DNA from: Spirochaetia bacterium
Lineage (GTDB): Bacteria; Spirochaetota; Spirochaetia; CAKZLE01
Reading direction: 5' to 3'
NCBI GenBank assembly: GCA_963677595.1
Contig: OY782041.1
Span: forward strand, 1,888,001 to 1,952,000
DNA: 64,000 nucleotides
Below are positions 47,837 to 58,264 of the stretch, in pieces. The translations under genes were made by a program, and so were the position numbers. How positions within the stretch are numbered: the stretch's first letter is position 1; the number at the start of each line of letters is the position of its first letter. A model generated the notes under the pieces. That model ran no database searches and was not told the origin of the DNA. It worked only from the letters and a program-made list of their open reading frames with translations.

Positions 47837-48493
47837 TCAGGAGTGATCAGGGACGAACCCCTTCTCCATCCCGATCCTGACGAGTTCGACCAGGTTCCCA
47901 GCCCCCAGTTTCTCCATGAGTCTTCGCTTGTAGGTGCTGACCGTCTTGACCGAACAGCCCATCTCGTAGGCGATCTCCTTGTTGGCATAGCCGGTGCAGA
48001 TGTAGCGGAACACGGTAAGCTCATTCCCGGAGAGCTCCCTGGTATCCCGTGTCGGTGCAGTCGCGGCATCTGCCGGTGTCCCTTCCCTCAGGTACCCTGA
48101 TGCCTTCGGTGTGAGGTATATCCCCCCGTGCATGACTGACCGGACCGCCTCAAGGAGGGAAGCGACGGTGAAGTCCTTGGGGAGGAAGCCGGATGCCCCT
48201 GATCGCACAGCCTGTACAGCGAACTCCTCTTCCGGGGATGAACTCAAGATGATGACCTTCGTCCTCTGCAGTCGGCCCTGCAGCTTCTCGAGGAGGCTGA
48301 GCCCGCTGGAATCGGGAAGGCTGAGGTCGAGCAGCAGGATATCGACGGTATCGTCGATCTTGCTGATGGAATCCAGCACTTCCTGCGCACTCGTGAGCTC
48401 AAGGACGCAGTCCATAGCCGGTTCCTGCTCCAGCAGTGACCGCAGCCCGAGGCGGATGAGTTCATGGTCATCTACGATACCGACCGATACCAT
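47837..48493 (-). CDS. NarL/LuxR family response regulator
   Basis: VDDH, LLDLSLP, GFLPK, NKEIA..SVKTVSTY. Confidence 0.9.
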   Translation of the reverse strand: MVSVGIVDDHELIRLGLRSLLEQEPAMDCVLELTSAQEVLDSISKIDDTVDILLLDLSLPDSSGLSLLEKLQGRLQRTKVIILSSSPEEEFAVQAVRSGASGFLPKDFTVASLLEAVRSVMHGGIYLTPKASGYLREGTPADAATAPTRDTRELSGNELTVFRYICTGYANKEIAYEMGCSVKTVSTYKRRLMEKLGAGNLVELVRIGMEKGFVPDHS

Positions 48494-48827
48494 TGGTCCC
48501 CCTTACTCACAAAGTATAGCATCTGCATGTCTGATTATGAAGGTATGGGTGATCATAATAGTCATGAATGGCGGTCAGGGGCAGGTCTCGCACCGTCTGG
48601 GATGACGGAAACCAGGCTGCTGCATGGGGGTGCACCTGCCTGGAACAGAGGAAACTGACGTCCTGCCCCTTACCACCCGTCCCGACCGAAACGATCTCTG
48701 CTTGGGGAAAGCACACTGCCGCTACTCATTACTCATATCCGGCTCGAATGGTCTGGACACGATGAAGTATACCGCAAAACGCCTCCCGCTTGCTGTAGGA
48801 TTTGTGGAACTGCTGTAGGAATGTAAG

Positions 48828-49724
48828 TCAGCTCAGGGGTGTGAACGAGCCCTCGATCTCGGAGAGGAAGGGGATCGATCCCATCGCCCCCGGGCGAGAG
48901 ACGGTCACTGAAGAAGCATAGGTCGCCTCGTACATCGACTGCTCCACGCTCTTGCCCTTGGTGAATCCTGCGAGGAAATAGCCGAAGAAGGTATCCCCTG
49001 CTGCGGTCGTATCCACGACGGGGGAGTCAATGATCGGCTGGAAGTGGCGTACGGCACCCTTCCCGTACTTTGCGCCTGCCTTGCCCAGGGTCAGGAGGAT
49101 GTGGACATCGGGGTAGAACTCGGTGAGCCGGTCGAGGATCTCGTCGAAACTCCCAGAGATGCCCGCGAGGGCCTCTCCCTCGAGTTCGTTGACGATGAGC
49201 AGCTCGAGCTTCTCGAGCGGCCACCCCTTGATGTTGTCGGTGAAGGGGGCAGGGTTGAGGCAAATCTTCATCCCCTTCTTCGCTGCCTCGTCGATGATGT
49301 AGGGGATCTCGTTGATCTCGTTCTGGAGGACGAGGTAGTCCCCTTCAGTGAAATTACCGAGCACCTCGTCGATCTCCTCACGGGTGTTCTGCGTGTTCCC
49401 GCCGCTGAAGAGGATGATGGAGTTCTGCCCCTGCGGGGTCACCTGGATGATCGTATGGCCGGTTGGGCCGTCATAGGTATGCATATATTCGGTATGGGCA
49501 CCGGCTTCTGTCAGGATATCGAGCACCCAGCCGGCATCCTCCCCGATCTTCCCGGCCATCCAGATCTCTGCCCCGGCTTTCGCGATGGCGACTGCCTGGT
49601 TGGCCCCCTTGCCGCCGGGATGGTCGGCGGGGTTCCCCCCGTGCAGTGTCTCCCCAGGCAGGATGATGTGGGGGACGGGATAGACATGGTCAATATTCAG
49701 TGAACCGTAATTCAGGATCTTCAT
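48828..49724 (-). CDS. rbsK: Ribokinase (PfkB family)
   Basis: GSLNID, GGKGANQA, QNEI, NPAP, DTTAAGDTF. Confidence 0.85.
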   Translation of the reverse strand: MKILNYGSLNIDHVYPVPHIILPGETLHGGNPADHPGGKGANQAVAIAKAGAEIWMAGKIGEDAGWVLDILTEAGAHTEYMHTYDGPTGHTIIQVTPQGQNSIILFSGGNTQNTREEIDEVLGNFTEGDYLVLQNEINEIPYIIDEAAKKGMKICLNPAPFTDNIKGWPLEKLELLIVNELEGEALAGISGSFDEILDRLTEFYPDVHILLTLGKAGAKYGKGAVRHFQPIIDSPVVDTTAAGDTFFGYFLAGFTKGKSVEQSMYEATYASSVTVSRPGAMGSIPFLSEIEGSFTPLS

Positions 49725-49738
49725 AGGGTATCCTCCTT

Positions 49739-50755
49739 CTATTTCAGGCTGGCCCTTCTGACCAGCGTACTTCCGATACAGACCTTCTCATAGGGAAGCT
49801 CCTCTTGCATTGCGATACGGCGCAGCAGCAGACCGGCTGCCTTCCTGCTGATGCTCTTCTTCGACACCTCAATCGATGCGAGCGGGGGGTCGGTCACCTG
49901 GCTCGAGAGCAGGTTGTCAAACCCGATCACGGAGACTGCCTCAGGTACTGATATGCCCAGCTCCCTCAAGGCACGCAATGTCCCGTAGGCGATGATGTCG
50001 CAGACACAGAAGAGGGCGGAAGGAAGATCCCCCCTCTTACTCTTCAGCTGGGGCAGGATATCATCGAAGGAGTGGTCTATCGTGGAGTCTGCACAGAATA
50101 TCCACCGGCTTTCCACAGCTAATCCACAATGCTCCATGGCCTCATGGAAGTATTTCTCCCGCAGGGCGAAGTTCCGTGTCTTGTGGGAGGCGGTGACCAT
50201 CCCGATCTTCGTATGCCCCAACTCCTTGAATGTTTTCACGATGGAGTAAACTGCTCCTTCGTTGTCCATGTCGATGAAGTCGAAGGGGAGGCTGGGATGG
50301 GATGCGTCGATGAAGACCACGGGGAAGGGGGATGCACTGAAGCATTCCATCTCCTCACCGCTCAGCTCGGTAGCCAGGATGATGAGCCCGCTAAAACTGG
50401 AATCCTGCAGGTCGGATAGGATATCTGCAGGCTCGGTGGACTCGTAGTTCCGTACCTCGAGGGAGAATCCTTCCCTGCCGGCCTCCTGCTGTATCCCCTC
50501 GATGTAGTCGGAGATGAACTCGTTATGGTCCCGGTTGAGGATGTGCCCGTGCCGTACTACCTTGAGGAAGCAGAGCGTACCACGCCCATCCTCAAGCGTT
50601 CCCTTCCTCTGGTACCGGTAGCCGAGTGACTCTGCTGCCTCTAGGACGGTCTTCCGTGTCTTCTCCCCGATCCCGGAACGGTTGTTCAGGACGAGGGAGA
50701 CGGTGGCAGGGGATACTCCAGCTGTACGTGCTACATCACGGATCGTTGGTTTCAT
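49739..50755 (-). CDS. LacI family regulator
   Basis: TIRDVARTAGVSPATVSLVLN; VIGFDN, PPLASI. Confidence 0.9.
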   Translation of the reverse strand: MKPTIRDVARTAGVSPATVSLVLNNRSGIGEKTRKTVLEAAESLGYRYQRKGTLEDGRGTLCFLKVVRHGHILNRDHNEFISDYIEGIQQEAGREGFSLEVRNYESTEPADILSDLQDSSFSGLIILATELSGEEMECFSASPFPVVFIDASHPSLPFDFIDMDNEGAVYSIVKTFKELGHTKIGMVTASHKTRNFALREKYFHEAMEHCGLAVESRWIFCADSTIDHSFDDILPQLKSKRGDLPSALFCVCDIIAYGTLRALRELGISVPEAVSVIGFDNLLSSQVTDPPLASIEVSKKSISRKAAGLLLRRIAMQEELPYEKVCIGSTLVRRASLK

Positions 50756-50762
50756 GGATGGT

Positions 50763-50815
50763 ATAGTACAATGGAATGAGTGATCTGTCAAATTGTTTAG
50801 TGAATGTTTACTAAA
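50763..50815 (-). promoter_or_regulatory. LacI gene promoter with LacI-type operator
   Basis: TTGACA-17 bp-TACTAT (minus strand); near-palindrome TTTAGTGAATGTTTACTAAA at 50796-50815. Confidence 0.7.
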
Positions 50816-52023
50816 TAATCAGCTGCCAGCTTTGCCGTAGCCCATGCTGCCTGGAGGTTGTAACCCCCCGTGTCTCCATCAAAATCAAGGATCTCTCCGG
50901 CAAAGAAGAGGCTGGGGATGAGCCTTGATTCCATGGTCGATCTGTTCACTTCCTGCAGGGAAACACCCCCAGCTGTTGCCATGGCAGAGGAGAAGTAGCC
51001 CTTCCTCGAGACTTCGAGCGGGTAGGCTGTAAGCAGGCTTACCAGCTGCTTCCGTCGCTTCTTGTCGAGCTCAGAGCAGGGGAGGTCTGCAGGGATACCC
51101 ACCTCACCGAGCACGGTCTCTGCGAGCTTCTGGAAGAGACCGAACGTCTTCAGGACAGTAGAGACCTGCTTCCTTGGTTCCGAAGTCAGGGACTTCTGCA
51201 GCTCCGTCCTGGAGTGCTCCCTGTTTGTCGTGGGGACCAGCGATATGACCAGACGGTCACCGGAGGTGATGAATCGTGAGTTGTTGAGGATCACCGGGCC
51301 TGATACCCCCTTGTGGGTGAAGAGGAGGTCTCCCTGAGCATGGTGGTATCGTTTTGTCTCACCCTTCCGGAAGAACTCGACATACGAATCGCGTATCGAA
51401 TTGCCTGAGAGGGTGGCAAGGTGGTAGTCCTGCACATGGACACCGACGAGTGCCTGGGTCGGCTCGACGATCGAGTGGCCCAGGGCCTTCGCCAGGGCAT
51501 ACCCTGACCCGTCAGAACCAGTCGTCTCATAACTCTTCCCGCCGGTCGTGATCACGAGGCTTCGTGATGTGTACTCTGCATCATGGGTCCGGACGGTGAA
51601 GGTATGGTCCGTATGGGTGATCCCTGCGATTCTCTGGTTGTACTCGATCTCTATCCCGTTCGAGCGGGCAGTATCAACGAGGAGGTCCACCACCGACTGG
51701 GCTTTCTGGGTCACGGGAAAGACCTTGCCGTCGTGTCTGATGGAAAGCAGCAGCCCACGGTCTGTGAACCACTGCTGTGCAGAAGCTGTGGAAAAGTTCA
51801 TGAGGGCGGGTTTTAGGAAGTTTGCCTGCTTCCTGGAACCAAAATGAGTGAGGAAGGTATCGGTCTCATCGGTGTTGGTGAGGTTGCACATCCCGCTGCC
51901 GGTAATGAGGAGCTTCTTTCCCGGGCTCTCCATCTTCTCCAAGAGGAGTACTCTCTTATGGGGTATGTTCGCTGCAAGGAAGAGGCCTGCAGCCCCTGCC
52001 CCGATGATGATGACGTCGTACAT
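50797..52023 (-). CDS. HI0933/BaiN/YhiN family flavoprotein
   Basis: GAGAAG, GKKLLITGSGMCNLTN, TGSDGSG, TAGGV, GGYNLQ. Confidence 0.9.
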   Translation of the reverse strand: MYDVIIIGAGAAGLFLAANIPHKRVLLLEKMESPGKKLLITGSGMCNLTNTDETDTFLTHFGSRKQANFLKPALMNFSTASAQQWFTDRGLLLSIRHDGKVFPVTQKAQSVVDLLVDTARSNGIEIEYNQRIAGITHTDHTFTVRTHDAEYTSRSLVITTGGKSYETTGSDGSGYALAKALGHSIVEPTQALVGVHVQDYHLATLSGNSIRDSYVEFFRKGETKRYHHAQGDLLFTHKGVSGPVILNNSRFITSGDRLVISLVPTTNREHSRTELQKSLTSEPRKQVSTVLKTFGLFQKLAETVLGEVGIPADLPCSELDKKRRKQLVSLLTAYPLEVSRKGYFSSAMATAGGVSLQEVNRSTMESRLIPSLFFAGEILDFDGDTGGYNLQAAWATAKLAADYLVNIH

Positions 52024-52382
52024 ATGGACAGCATAGCATATGGGCAGGTCCTTCCAAACCGGTAATCCTGAATACAGGTCTCTTTTATGGATGAATACAA
52101 CAGATTTACATCTTGTTTTATTTTCCACACCCAAAAAATTCAGTTTAGATTTATTATTATTTTTCTTGACAGGAGGAAAATCCGAGTGATAACATAGCCA
52201 ACGTAGAAAAACGAAAAAAAAAGAAAATAAAAGTTTACAACCGAAAATATGTGTGGTAATCTGTAATGGTGGATGGGGGGACATCCAGTCTTGATGAAAT
52301 TTATAGCCTGCAGGAGCAGACTATGAGTGATAAATACACCGGATTATTTCGGTGGAAGATCGATTCCAGAAAGGAGAAAAGA

Positions 52383-53330
52383 ATGAGAAAGGTATTGCTT
52401 ATTGCTTTGATCTTGGTGATCAGCACAGCAACAGTCTTCGCTGGTGGACAGAGTGAGAATTCAGGGAAAGATGATGGACTGCTAATCGGTGCAGTCTTCG
52501 CAGATTTAGGAAATACGGCTTATGTGAACATGGGTAAAGCCATGGCTGCAAAGGCAGAGAGCTATGGCGGTAAGGTGATCCTGAAGGATACCGGAGGAGA
52601 TGCCGGGACTCTCGTAGAAGTCATCGAGAACTTCATCATCGCTGGTTGTGACGTGATCGTGGAACAGAACTCAGACCAGCAGATCACTGAGGATGTGAAC
52701 CAGCGTGCACGTGATGCAGGTATCAATATCATCTCCTTTGATGCTGAGATGGATCTTGCTGATGTCTCGTACCTCGCTGACAACTATGACCTTGGCTACA
52801 TGATCGGTTCCATGGCAGGGGATTGGATCACTGAAGCTCTTGGCGGAGAGGCAAAATTAGGTCTGCTGACTGCAAGGGCATATGACTTCATCCTGGTCCG
52901 ACAGGCAGGGATCGAGGCAGGGCTTGCTGATACAGCTCCAAACGCCGAGATCGTCATCTCTGCTGATGCAGTGACTGTCGTAGATGGAACAGATGTATCT
53001 GAGAGCTTTCTGCAGGCAGTTCCGGACCTGAATGGGATCGTTGGTATCAATGACTCTGTAGTCCTTGGTGCATATGAAGCATTCAAGTCAGCTGGAAGGG
53101 TCGGAGACGATGTAGGCTTATTCGCTTGTGACGGTACGACCGAGGGTCTTGCAGCTGTTGCTGAGGGAAGCATCCACCGGGGTACGGTCTCCCTCCACCT
53201 GAACAAAGTCGGTGAGTTGATGGTTGATGATGCATTGGCCATGAAGAATGGGGAAACTATCTCAGAACATATCAAGTACTTCCCGCTCGAGCAGGTCACG
53301 ATTGATAATGTTGATGAGTTTATTGAATAA
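52383..53330 (+). CDS. Sugar ABC substrate-binding protein (RbsB-like)
   Basis: Signal ...FAGGQSE; DNY..G, R..G, ND, CDG. Confidence 0.85.
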   Translation: MRKVLLIALILVISTATVFAGGQSENSGKDDGLLIGAVFADLGNTAYVNMGKAMAAKAESYGGKVILKDTGGDAGTLVEVIENFIIAGCDVIVEQNSDQQITEDVNQRARDAGINIISFDAEMDLADVSYLADNYDLGYMIGSMAGDWITEALGGEAKLGLLTARAYDFILVRQAGIEAGLADTAPNAEIVISADAVTVVDGTDVSESFLQAVPDLNGIVGINDSVVLGAYEAFKSAGRVGDDVGLFACDGTTEGLAAVAEGSIHRGTVSLHLNKVGELMVDDALAMKNGETISEHIKYFPLEQVTIDNVDEFIE

Positions 53331-53351
53331 CACCGTACTTGCATAATACCA

Positions 53352-53395
53352 TACATAGAGAGAGGGATCCTGTAGTGACTTCCTCTCTCTATGTA
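53352..53395 (+). terminator. Intergenic hairpin after the binding-protein gene
   Basis: TACATAGAGAGAGG...CCTCTCTCTATGTA. Confidence 0.65.
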
Positions 53396-53422
53396 CGATT
53401 AAAGAAATAGCCGGTTTACAAC

Positions 53423-54937
53423 TTGCTTGGAGATTATGTTTTGGAAAACAGCATCCTGAAGATCAGTAATATAACGAAAGAATATCCTGGAGTCAAAGCC
53501 CTGGATAACGTATCTATCGACATCACCGAAGGCGAGATCCATGCGTTGGTGGGCGAGAACGGAGCTGGGAAATCTACCCTCATCAAATTGATCTCCGGGG
53601 CAATCACCCCGGAAGAGGGGACTATCGAGATCGATGGGAAGATCTATAATTCCATGAACCCGCATCTGTCACGAGAATTGGGTATTGAGGTGATCTATCA
53701 GGAATTCACGTTAATACCAAGTTTGTCGGTGGCTGAGAATATCTTCATGGGGAGTTATCCTGGGAACAAGGTAACCATAGATTTTGCCGAGATGGAAAGA
53801 AAGACCAGGGAAGTGTTCCGCCTTATGCAGGTGGACATAGATCCCAACACCATCGTGAAAGACCTCACGGTCGCATATATGCAGCTCGTTGAGATCGCCA
53901 AGGCCATCTCGAAGAATGTCAGGATCCTGGTCATGGATGAGCCTACAGCGCCGTTGACGACCAATGAAGTCGATATCCTGCTGAAGCTTGTCAAGACGCT
54001 GCAGAAACAGGGAGTCTCAATCATATATGTGTCACATCGGCTCAATGAGATCTATGAGCTCTCGAACAGATTGACGATCTTCAGGGATGGGAACAAGATC
54101 GGGACGTTCGTGACCAAGGATATCTCAAGGAATGAACTGGTCAAGCAGATGGTGGGCCGGGAACTGAATGATACCTTCCCAAAACGGACTCACGCGTTAG
54201 GCGACGAGATCCTGAAGGTCGAGAATATATCAGGTCCAGGGGCTTCGGACATCAGCTTCTCACTGAAGAAGGGAGAGATCCTTGGGGTTGCCGGCCTCGT
54301 CGGTGCCGGCCGTACAGAGATGGCACGTCTGATCTTCGGTGCCGAGAGACTGTATTCCGGACAGATCATCCTTGATGGGAAGCCCGTTATGGTCAAGAGT
54401 CCAAAGGATGCATTGAAACTCGGGATAGGGCTTGTTCCCGAAGACCGGAAACGGCATGGGGTCATCCTCAACCTCTCGGTCAGGAATAATATCACGCTCT
54501 CCATACTTCAGAGGATCTCCAGGTTTACAGTCATCAAACGCCCGATGGAGGATTCAGTGATCAAGGAGCATAAGAGTGCCCTGTCCATCAAGACACCTTC
54601 CTTTGCCCAGAAAGTACAGAACCTGAGCGGGGGAAACCAGCAGAAAGTCGTCTTGAGTAAATGGCTGGCAAGCAAATCGAAAGTCCTGATCTTTGATGAA
54701 CCTACGAGAGGAATAGATGTCGGTGCTAAGCAGGAGATCTATCACCTGATCAACAGGCTTTCCGAAGAAGGGCTGGCGATCATCATGATCTCCTCTGAGC
54801 TTGAAGAAGTCATAGGTATGTCGGACCGGATCATGGTCCTCAGTGAAGGCCGTTTCTCCGGTATGGTAGAGAAAGAGAATTTTACACAGGAATATATTAT
54901 GGGTCTCGCGTCTGAAGAATTCGAGGCTAAGGAGTAG
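53423..54937 (+). CDS. Sugar ABC ATP-binding protein (RbsA/MglA-like); exact start uncertain
   Basis: GENGAGKST, MDEPT, LSGGNQQK, FDEPTRG. Confidence 0.95.
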   Translation: MLGDYVLENSILKISNITKEYPGVKALDNVSIDITEGEIHALVGENGAGKSTLIKLISGAITPEEGTIEIDGKIYNSMNPHLSRELGIEVIYQEFTLIPSLSVAENIFMGSYPGNKVTIDFAEMERKTREVFRLMQVDIDPNTIVKDLTVAYMQLVEIAKAISKNVRILVMDEPTAPLTTNEVDILLKLVKTLQKQGVSIIYVSHRLNEIYELSNRLTIFRDGNKIGTFVTKDISRNELVKQMVGRELNDTFPKRTHALGDEILKVENISGPGASDISFSLKKGEILGVAGLVGAGRTEMARLIFGAERLYSGQIILDGKPVMVKSPKDALKLGIGLVPEDRKRHGVILNLSVRNNITLSILQRISRFTVIKRPMEDSVIKEHKSALSIKTPSFAQKVQNLSGGNQQKVVLSKWLASKSKVLIFDEPTRGIDVGAKQEIYHLINRLSEEGLAIIMISSELEEVIGMSDRIMVLSEGRFSGMVEKENFTQEYIMGLASEEFEAKE

Positions 54938-54942
54938 AAGAG

Positions 54943-55920
54943 ATGGCCAACAAGCTAAATGCAAAGAATATACTGAAAGAATCAGCTGTGCTTATTGTAC
55001 TCATTGTCATGTGCATAGTATTCGCCATACTTGCGCCGAATTTCAGGACGTTCGCCAACTTGATCACGGTACTGCGGCAGATATCCATGCTTGGGATCGT
55101 GTCTGTAGGTATGATGTTCGTCCTCATCTCGGGCGGGATCGACTTGAGTGTCGGATCGATGCTCTCCATCGTAGGTGTTGTCACCTCCATGTCTGTCGTG
55201 AACTGGGGACTTAACCCTGCCTTGAGCATCATCATCGGGCTGCTGGTTGGGACCGGGCTCGGCCTCTGGAATGGGTATATCATAACCAGTACGGGTATGC
55301 CTCCCATGATTGCTACCCTCGGGATGCAGATCCTGATCCGGGGCTTGGGATTCATCATCTGCGGCGGCGCCTCAGTGTACGGTCTCCCAAAAAGCTACAA
55401 GTTCTTCGGCCAGGGATACCTCGGGCCGATACCTATTCCCGTGATCTTCATGATCGTGATCCTCGTCATCAGCGGGTTCGTTTTGAACAGGACCTATATC
55501 GGGCGGTATTTCTATGCGGTAGGAAGTAATAAGGAAGCCACCAGGCTTTCTGGGCTGGATACCAAGAAGATCCAGATCCTAGCGTATACGGCAAGCGGTT
55601 TCCTGACGGCTATTGCCGGTATCATCATGATGTCGAGGGTCAACTCAGGACAGCCGAAAGCCGGGGACGGGTTTGAGATGGATGTCCTTACAGCCTGTGT
55701 CGTCGGCGGGGTGAGTATCAGCGGTGGTGAAGGTAAGATAACCAATGTCCTCGTTGGGGCCCTGATCATCGGTGTCCTGTCGAACGGTCTTATCATCGTC
55801 GGAGTCAGTGAGTACTGGCAGCAGGTTGCCAAGGGTGCCGTCCTGGTTGCAGCGGTAGGGTTTGACAGTATCCAGAGACTGACCAAGACGAAGAAGCAGA
55901 AAGTCATAGCGGCTGCCTGA
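54943..55920 (+). CDS. Sugar ABC permease (RbsC-like)
   Basis: GGIDLSVG, IATLG, GSNKEATRLSG, VVGGVS..GG.G. Confidence 0.95.
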   Translation: MANKLNAKNILKESAVLIVLIVMCIVFAILAPNFRTFANLITVLRQISMLGIVSVGMMFVLISGGIDLSVGSMLSIVGVVTSMSVVNWGLNPALSIIIGLLVGTGLGLWNGYIITSTGMPPMIATLGMQILIRGLGFIICGGASVYGLPKSYKFFGQGYLGPIPIPVIFMIVILVISGFVLNRTYIGRYFYAVGSNKEATRLSGLDTKKIQILAYTASGFLTAIAGIIMMSRVNSGQPKAGDGFEMDVLTACVVGGVSISGGEGKITNVLVGALIIGVLSNGLIIVGVSEYWQQVAKGAVLVAAVGFDSIQRLTKTKKQKVIAAA

Positions 55921-55945
55921 GAAGCGAAACCTGAAGGAACGAACC

Positions 55946-57370
55946 ATGATCAATGCATTGGAGCAGATTCCGACAACTGAAGTCTCCCATCCCTTCTGTA
56001 CGGCTAGAGAGAAGTGCCATCTCAGGGAAGCAGGATATATCGAAGAGGAATACTTCCTGGCCGGCGTGTCTAATGTCTACGGCTGGGAAGGAGAGAAGAA
56101 AACGATCCTGTATAAGGATGCTCCCTATACGAACAGGCTAATCGTACGGAAGCCTGAGCGCATTGAGAACTTCAGCGGGAATGTGGTGGTCGAGATCCTG
56201 AATTCGACAAGCTTCATTGACTTTGACCGAGTCTGGGTCCTGACCCGGAAGCACCTGATGCGTAACGGGGATATTTACATTGGGATCACAAGCAAGCCGA
56301 ATGTGATTCCAGCCATGCTGAGGTTCGACCATGATCGGTACCATAGGTTGAGCTGGCAGAATCCGCTTCCTTCGCAATTGCCTGATATAGAACTGGGGAA
56401 TATGAGGGGGGCTTCCGCTCCAGAGACCGAGGATGGGTTGTTCTGGGATATGCTCCTCGACCTTGCAGGGTTTCTCCGGGATCCGGAGAACAGCCTGCTG
56501 GCTGAATATGGTCCCTATTTCCAGTACCTTGCCGGCTGGTCACAGTCAGGGGCGTATATGATCCGGTTTCTCAATGATTTTGCCTATGCTGAAGAGCGGG
56601 ACGTCCCGCTCTTCGATGGGTATTACTCCTGCGGCAGTGCAAGCTCATGTCTTCCCGACCTGAACCAGAATTACGGCAGGACCGCTATGGAGCAGTCAAG
56701 AAAGATCAGGCATTGCTATCAGCCCTTTATTGAGATCCATACGGAGAGTGAGAACCAGTTATGGGGAAACGATGAGGCAAGGGGTGAGGACAGTGATGCA
56801 GAAGATATGAAGTACCGGGTCTATGATATCCCCGGGGCTTCACATGATACGAAGAGCACGATGATCGATTACTATATCGGTGATGTGGATGTATACAAAG
56901 GCGGGATAGTACCGAACTACCCGGGTAAAGAGCTCCACCCGAATGATTTCCCCTCTGAACTGGTATTCCATGCAGGGCTTGAGATGCTGTATGCATGGAC
57001 CCGGGAGGGGATCGCTCCCCCTGTCTTATCCCCGATAGAGGTAGATGAAAAGGGTGAGAACTGCAAGGATGCACTGGGAAACAGCAAGGGAGGATGGCGG
57101 CTGCCAGCGATCGAGGAACCTCTCTGTGTGTACCATACCCAGTGTACTCCCCTGCAGCCTGATCTTGCGTTCGCCGCCACCTTGTTCGGGTATGATGAAC
57201 CGTTTCCCATTGAACGCCTGACGGCACTGCATGGGGACCTGGCAGCGTATCAGAAGAAGATCTCTGATGCTGCCGGGAAATGTATAGAGCAGGGGCTGCT
57301 CCTTGAAGCGGATAAGGACACCTGTATTGAGTATGTTGTTTCCAAGGCCCGTGAATACGGCCTGAGGTGA
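55946..57370 (+). CDS. Alpha/beta hydrolase domain protein
   Basis: YIEEEYF, FSGNVVVE, nucleophile elbow GWSQSG, GASH, GGWRLP. Confidence 0.75.
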   Translation: MINALEQIPTTEVSHPFCTAREKCHLREAGYIEEEYFLAGVSNVYGWEGEKKTILYKDAPYTNRLIVRKPERIENFSGNVVVEILNSTSFIDFDRVWVLTRKHLMRNGDIYIGITSKPNVIPAMLRFDHDRYHRLSWQNPLPSQLPDIELGNMRGASAPETEDGLFWDMLLDLAGFLRDPENSLLAEYGPYFQYLAGWSQSGAYMIRFLNDFAYAEERDVPLFDGYYSCGSASSCLPDLNQNYGRTAMEQSRKIRHCYQPFIEIHTESENQLWGNDEARGEDSDAEDMKYRVYDIPGASHDTKSTMIDYYIGDVDVYKGGIVPNYPGKELHPNDFPSELVFHAGLEMLYAWTREGIAPPVLSPIEVDEKGENCKDALGNSKGGWRLPAIEEPLCVYHTQCTPLQPDLAFAATLFGYDEPFPIERLTALHGDLAAYQKKISDAAGKCIEQGLLLEADKDTCIEYVVSKAREYGLR

Positions 57371-57412
57371 GAAGGTATATAAGATTGATGATATGTCACA
57401 AGGAGGACGAGT

Positions 57413-58177
57413 ATGGATTTATTTGATTTGACAGATAAGGTCTGTCTGGTAACAGGAGCAGGGAGTGGTATTGGTCAGGCAATCGCTGTCGGACTTGCTG
57501 AATCCGGTGCGGATGTCGCCTGCCTCGACAGGAGTGATACTGAGAGTCTCGGTGAAACTGTGGCAAGAATAGAGAGTTCCGGCAGGAAAGCCTTGAAGAT
57601 CCTGGTTGATGTCACAAAGAAACAGGATATGATCGATGCAGTGGCTCAGATAGAATCCGAGCTCGGCCCGCTCGATGTCGCTGTGAATAGTGCAGGTATC
57701 GCCAATGCCAATCCGGCTGAGGAGATGGGTGAGGAGCAGTGGGACACGATGATCGATGTTGACTATAAAGGGGTCTTCCTCTCCTGCCAGGCTGAGGCGA
57801 ATGCCATGATGAAGAGGAAATCAGGATCGATCATAAATATCGCATCGATGTCCGGCGTGATCGTGAACAGGGGATTGCTTCAGGCCCATTACAATTCCGC
57901 AAAGGCTGCAGTCATCCATCTGACCAAGAGTCTTGCCATGGAGTGGGTTGACCGGGGTATCAGGGTGAATGCCATCAGTCCCGGGTATACGCTGTCTCCC
58001 ATGAACAAGAGGCCGGAAGTTGCAGATCAAAGAAAGATCTTCGAAGAGACCACCCCGATCGGGCGCATGGCTGAGGTCGATGAGATGGTCGGGCCGGCTA
58101 TCTTCCTGGCTGCCAAAGCTTCGTCGTTCTGTACCGGGGTGAATCTCCTGGTTGATGGAGGATTTGTCTGCTGGTAA
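57413..58177 (+). CDS. SDR oxidoreductase (polyol/sugar dehydrogenase-like)
   Basis: TGAGSGIG, NSAG, ASMSG, YNSAK, SPGYT. Confidence 0.9.
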   Translation: MDLFDLTDKVCLVTGAGSGIGQAIAVGLAESGADVACLDRSDTESLGETVARIESSGRKALKILVDVTKKQDMIDAVAQIESELGPLDVAVNSAGIANANPAEEMGEEQWDTMIDVDYKGVFLSCQAEANAMMKRKSGSIINIASMSGVIVNRGLLQAHYNSAKAAVIHLTKSLAMEWVDRGIRVNAISPGYTLSPMNKRPEVADQRKIFEETTPIGRMAEVDEMVGPAIFLAAKASSFCTGVNLLVDGGFVCW

Positions 58178-58264
58178 GAAAGTACAGAGATAATAAGGGG
58201 GAATAGGGATAACCATGGGAGATTTCTCTTTTCAATTTGGGTAGAACCTATTAGAATTAATGAA

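Noticed and set aside
42760-48493. Hybrid kinase/HD-GYP/NarL cluster as a novel system
   Set aside because: A common, well-described signalling architecture
48494-48827. Short ORFs or possible gene remnant between the NarL regulator and rbsK
   Set aside because: No recognisable motif or RBS, and the frames contain stops; cannot support a call
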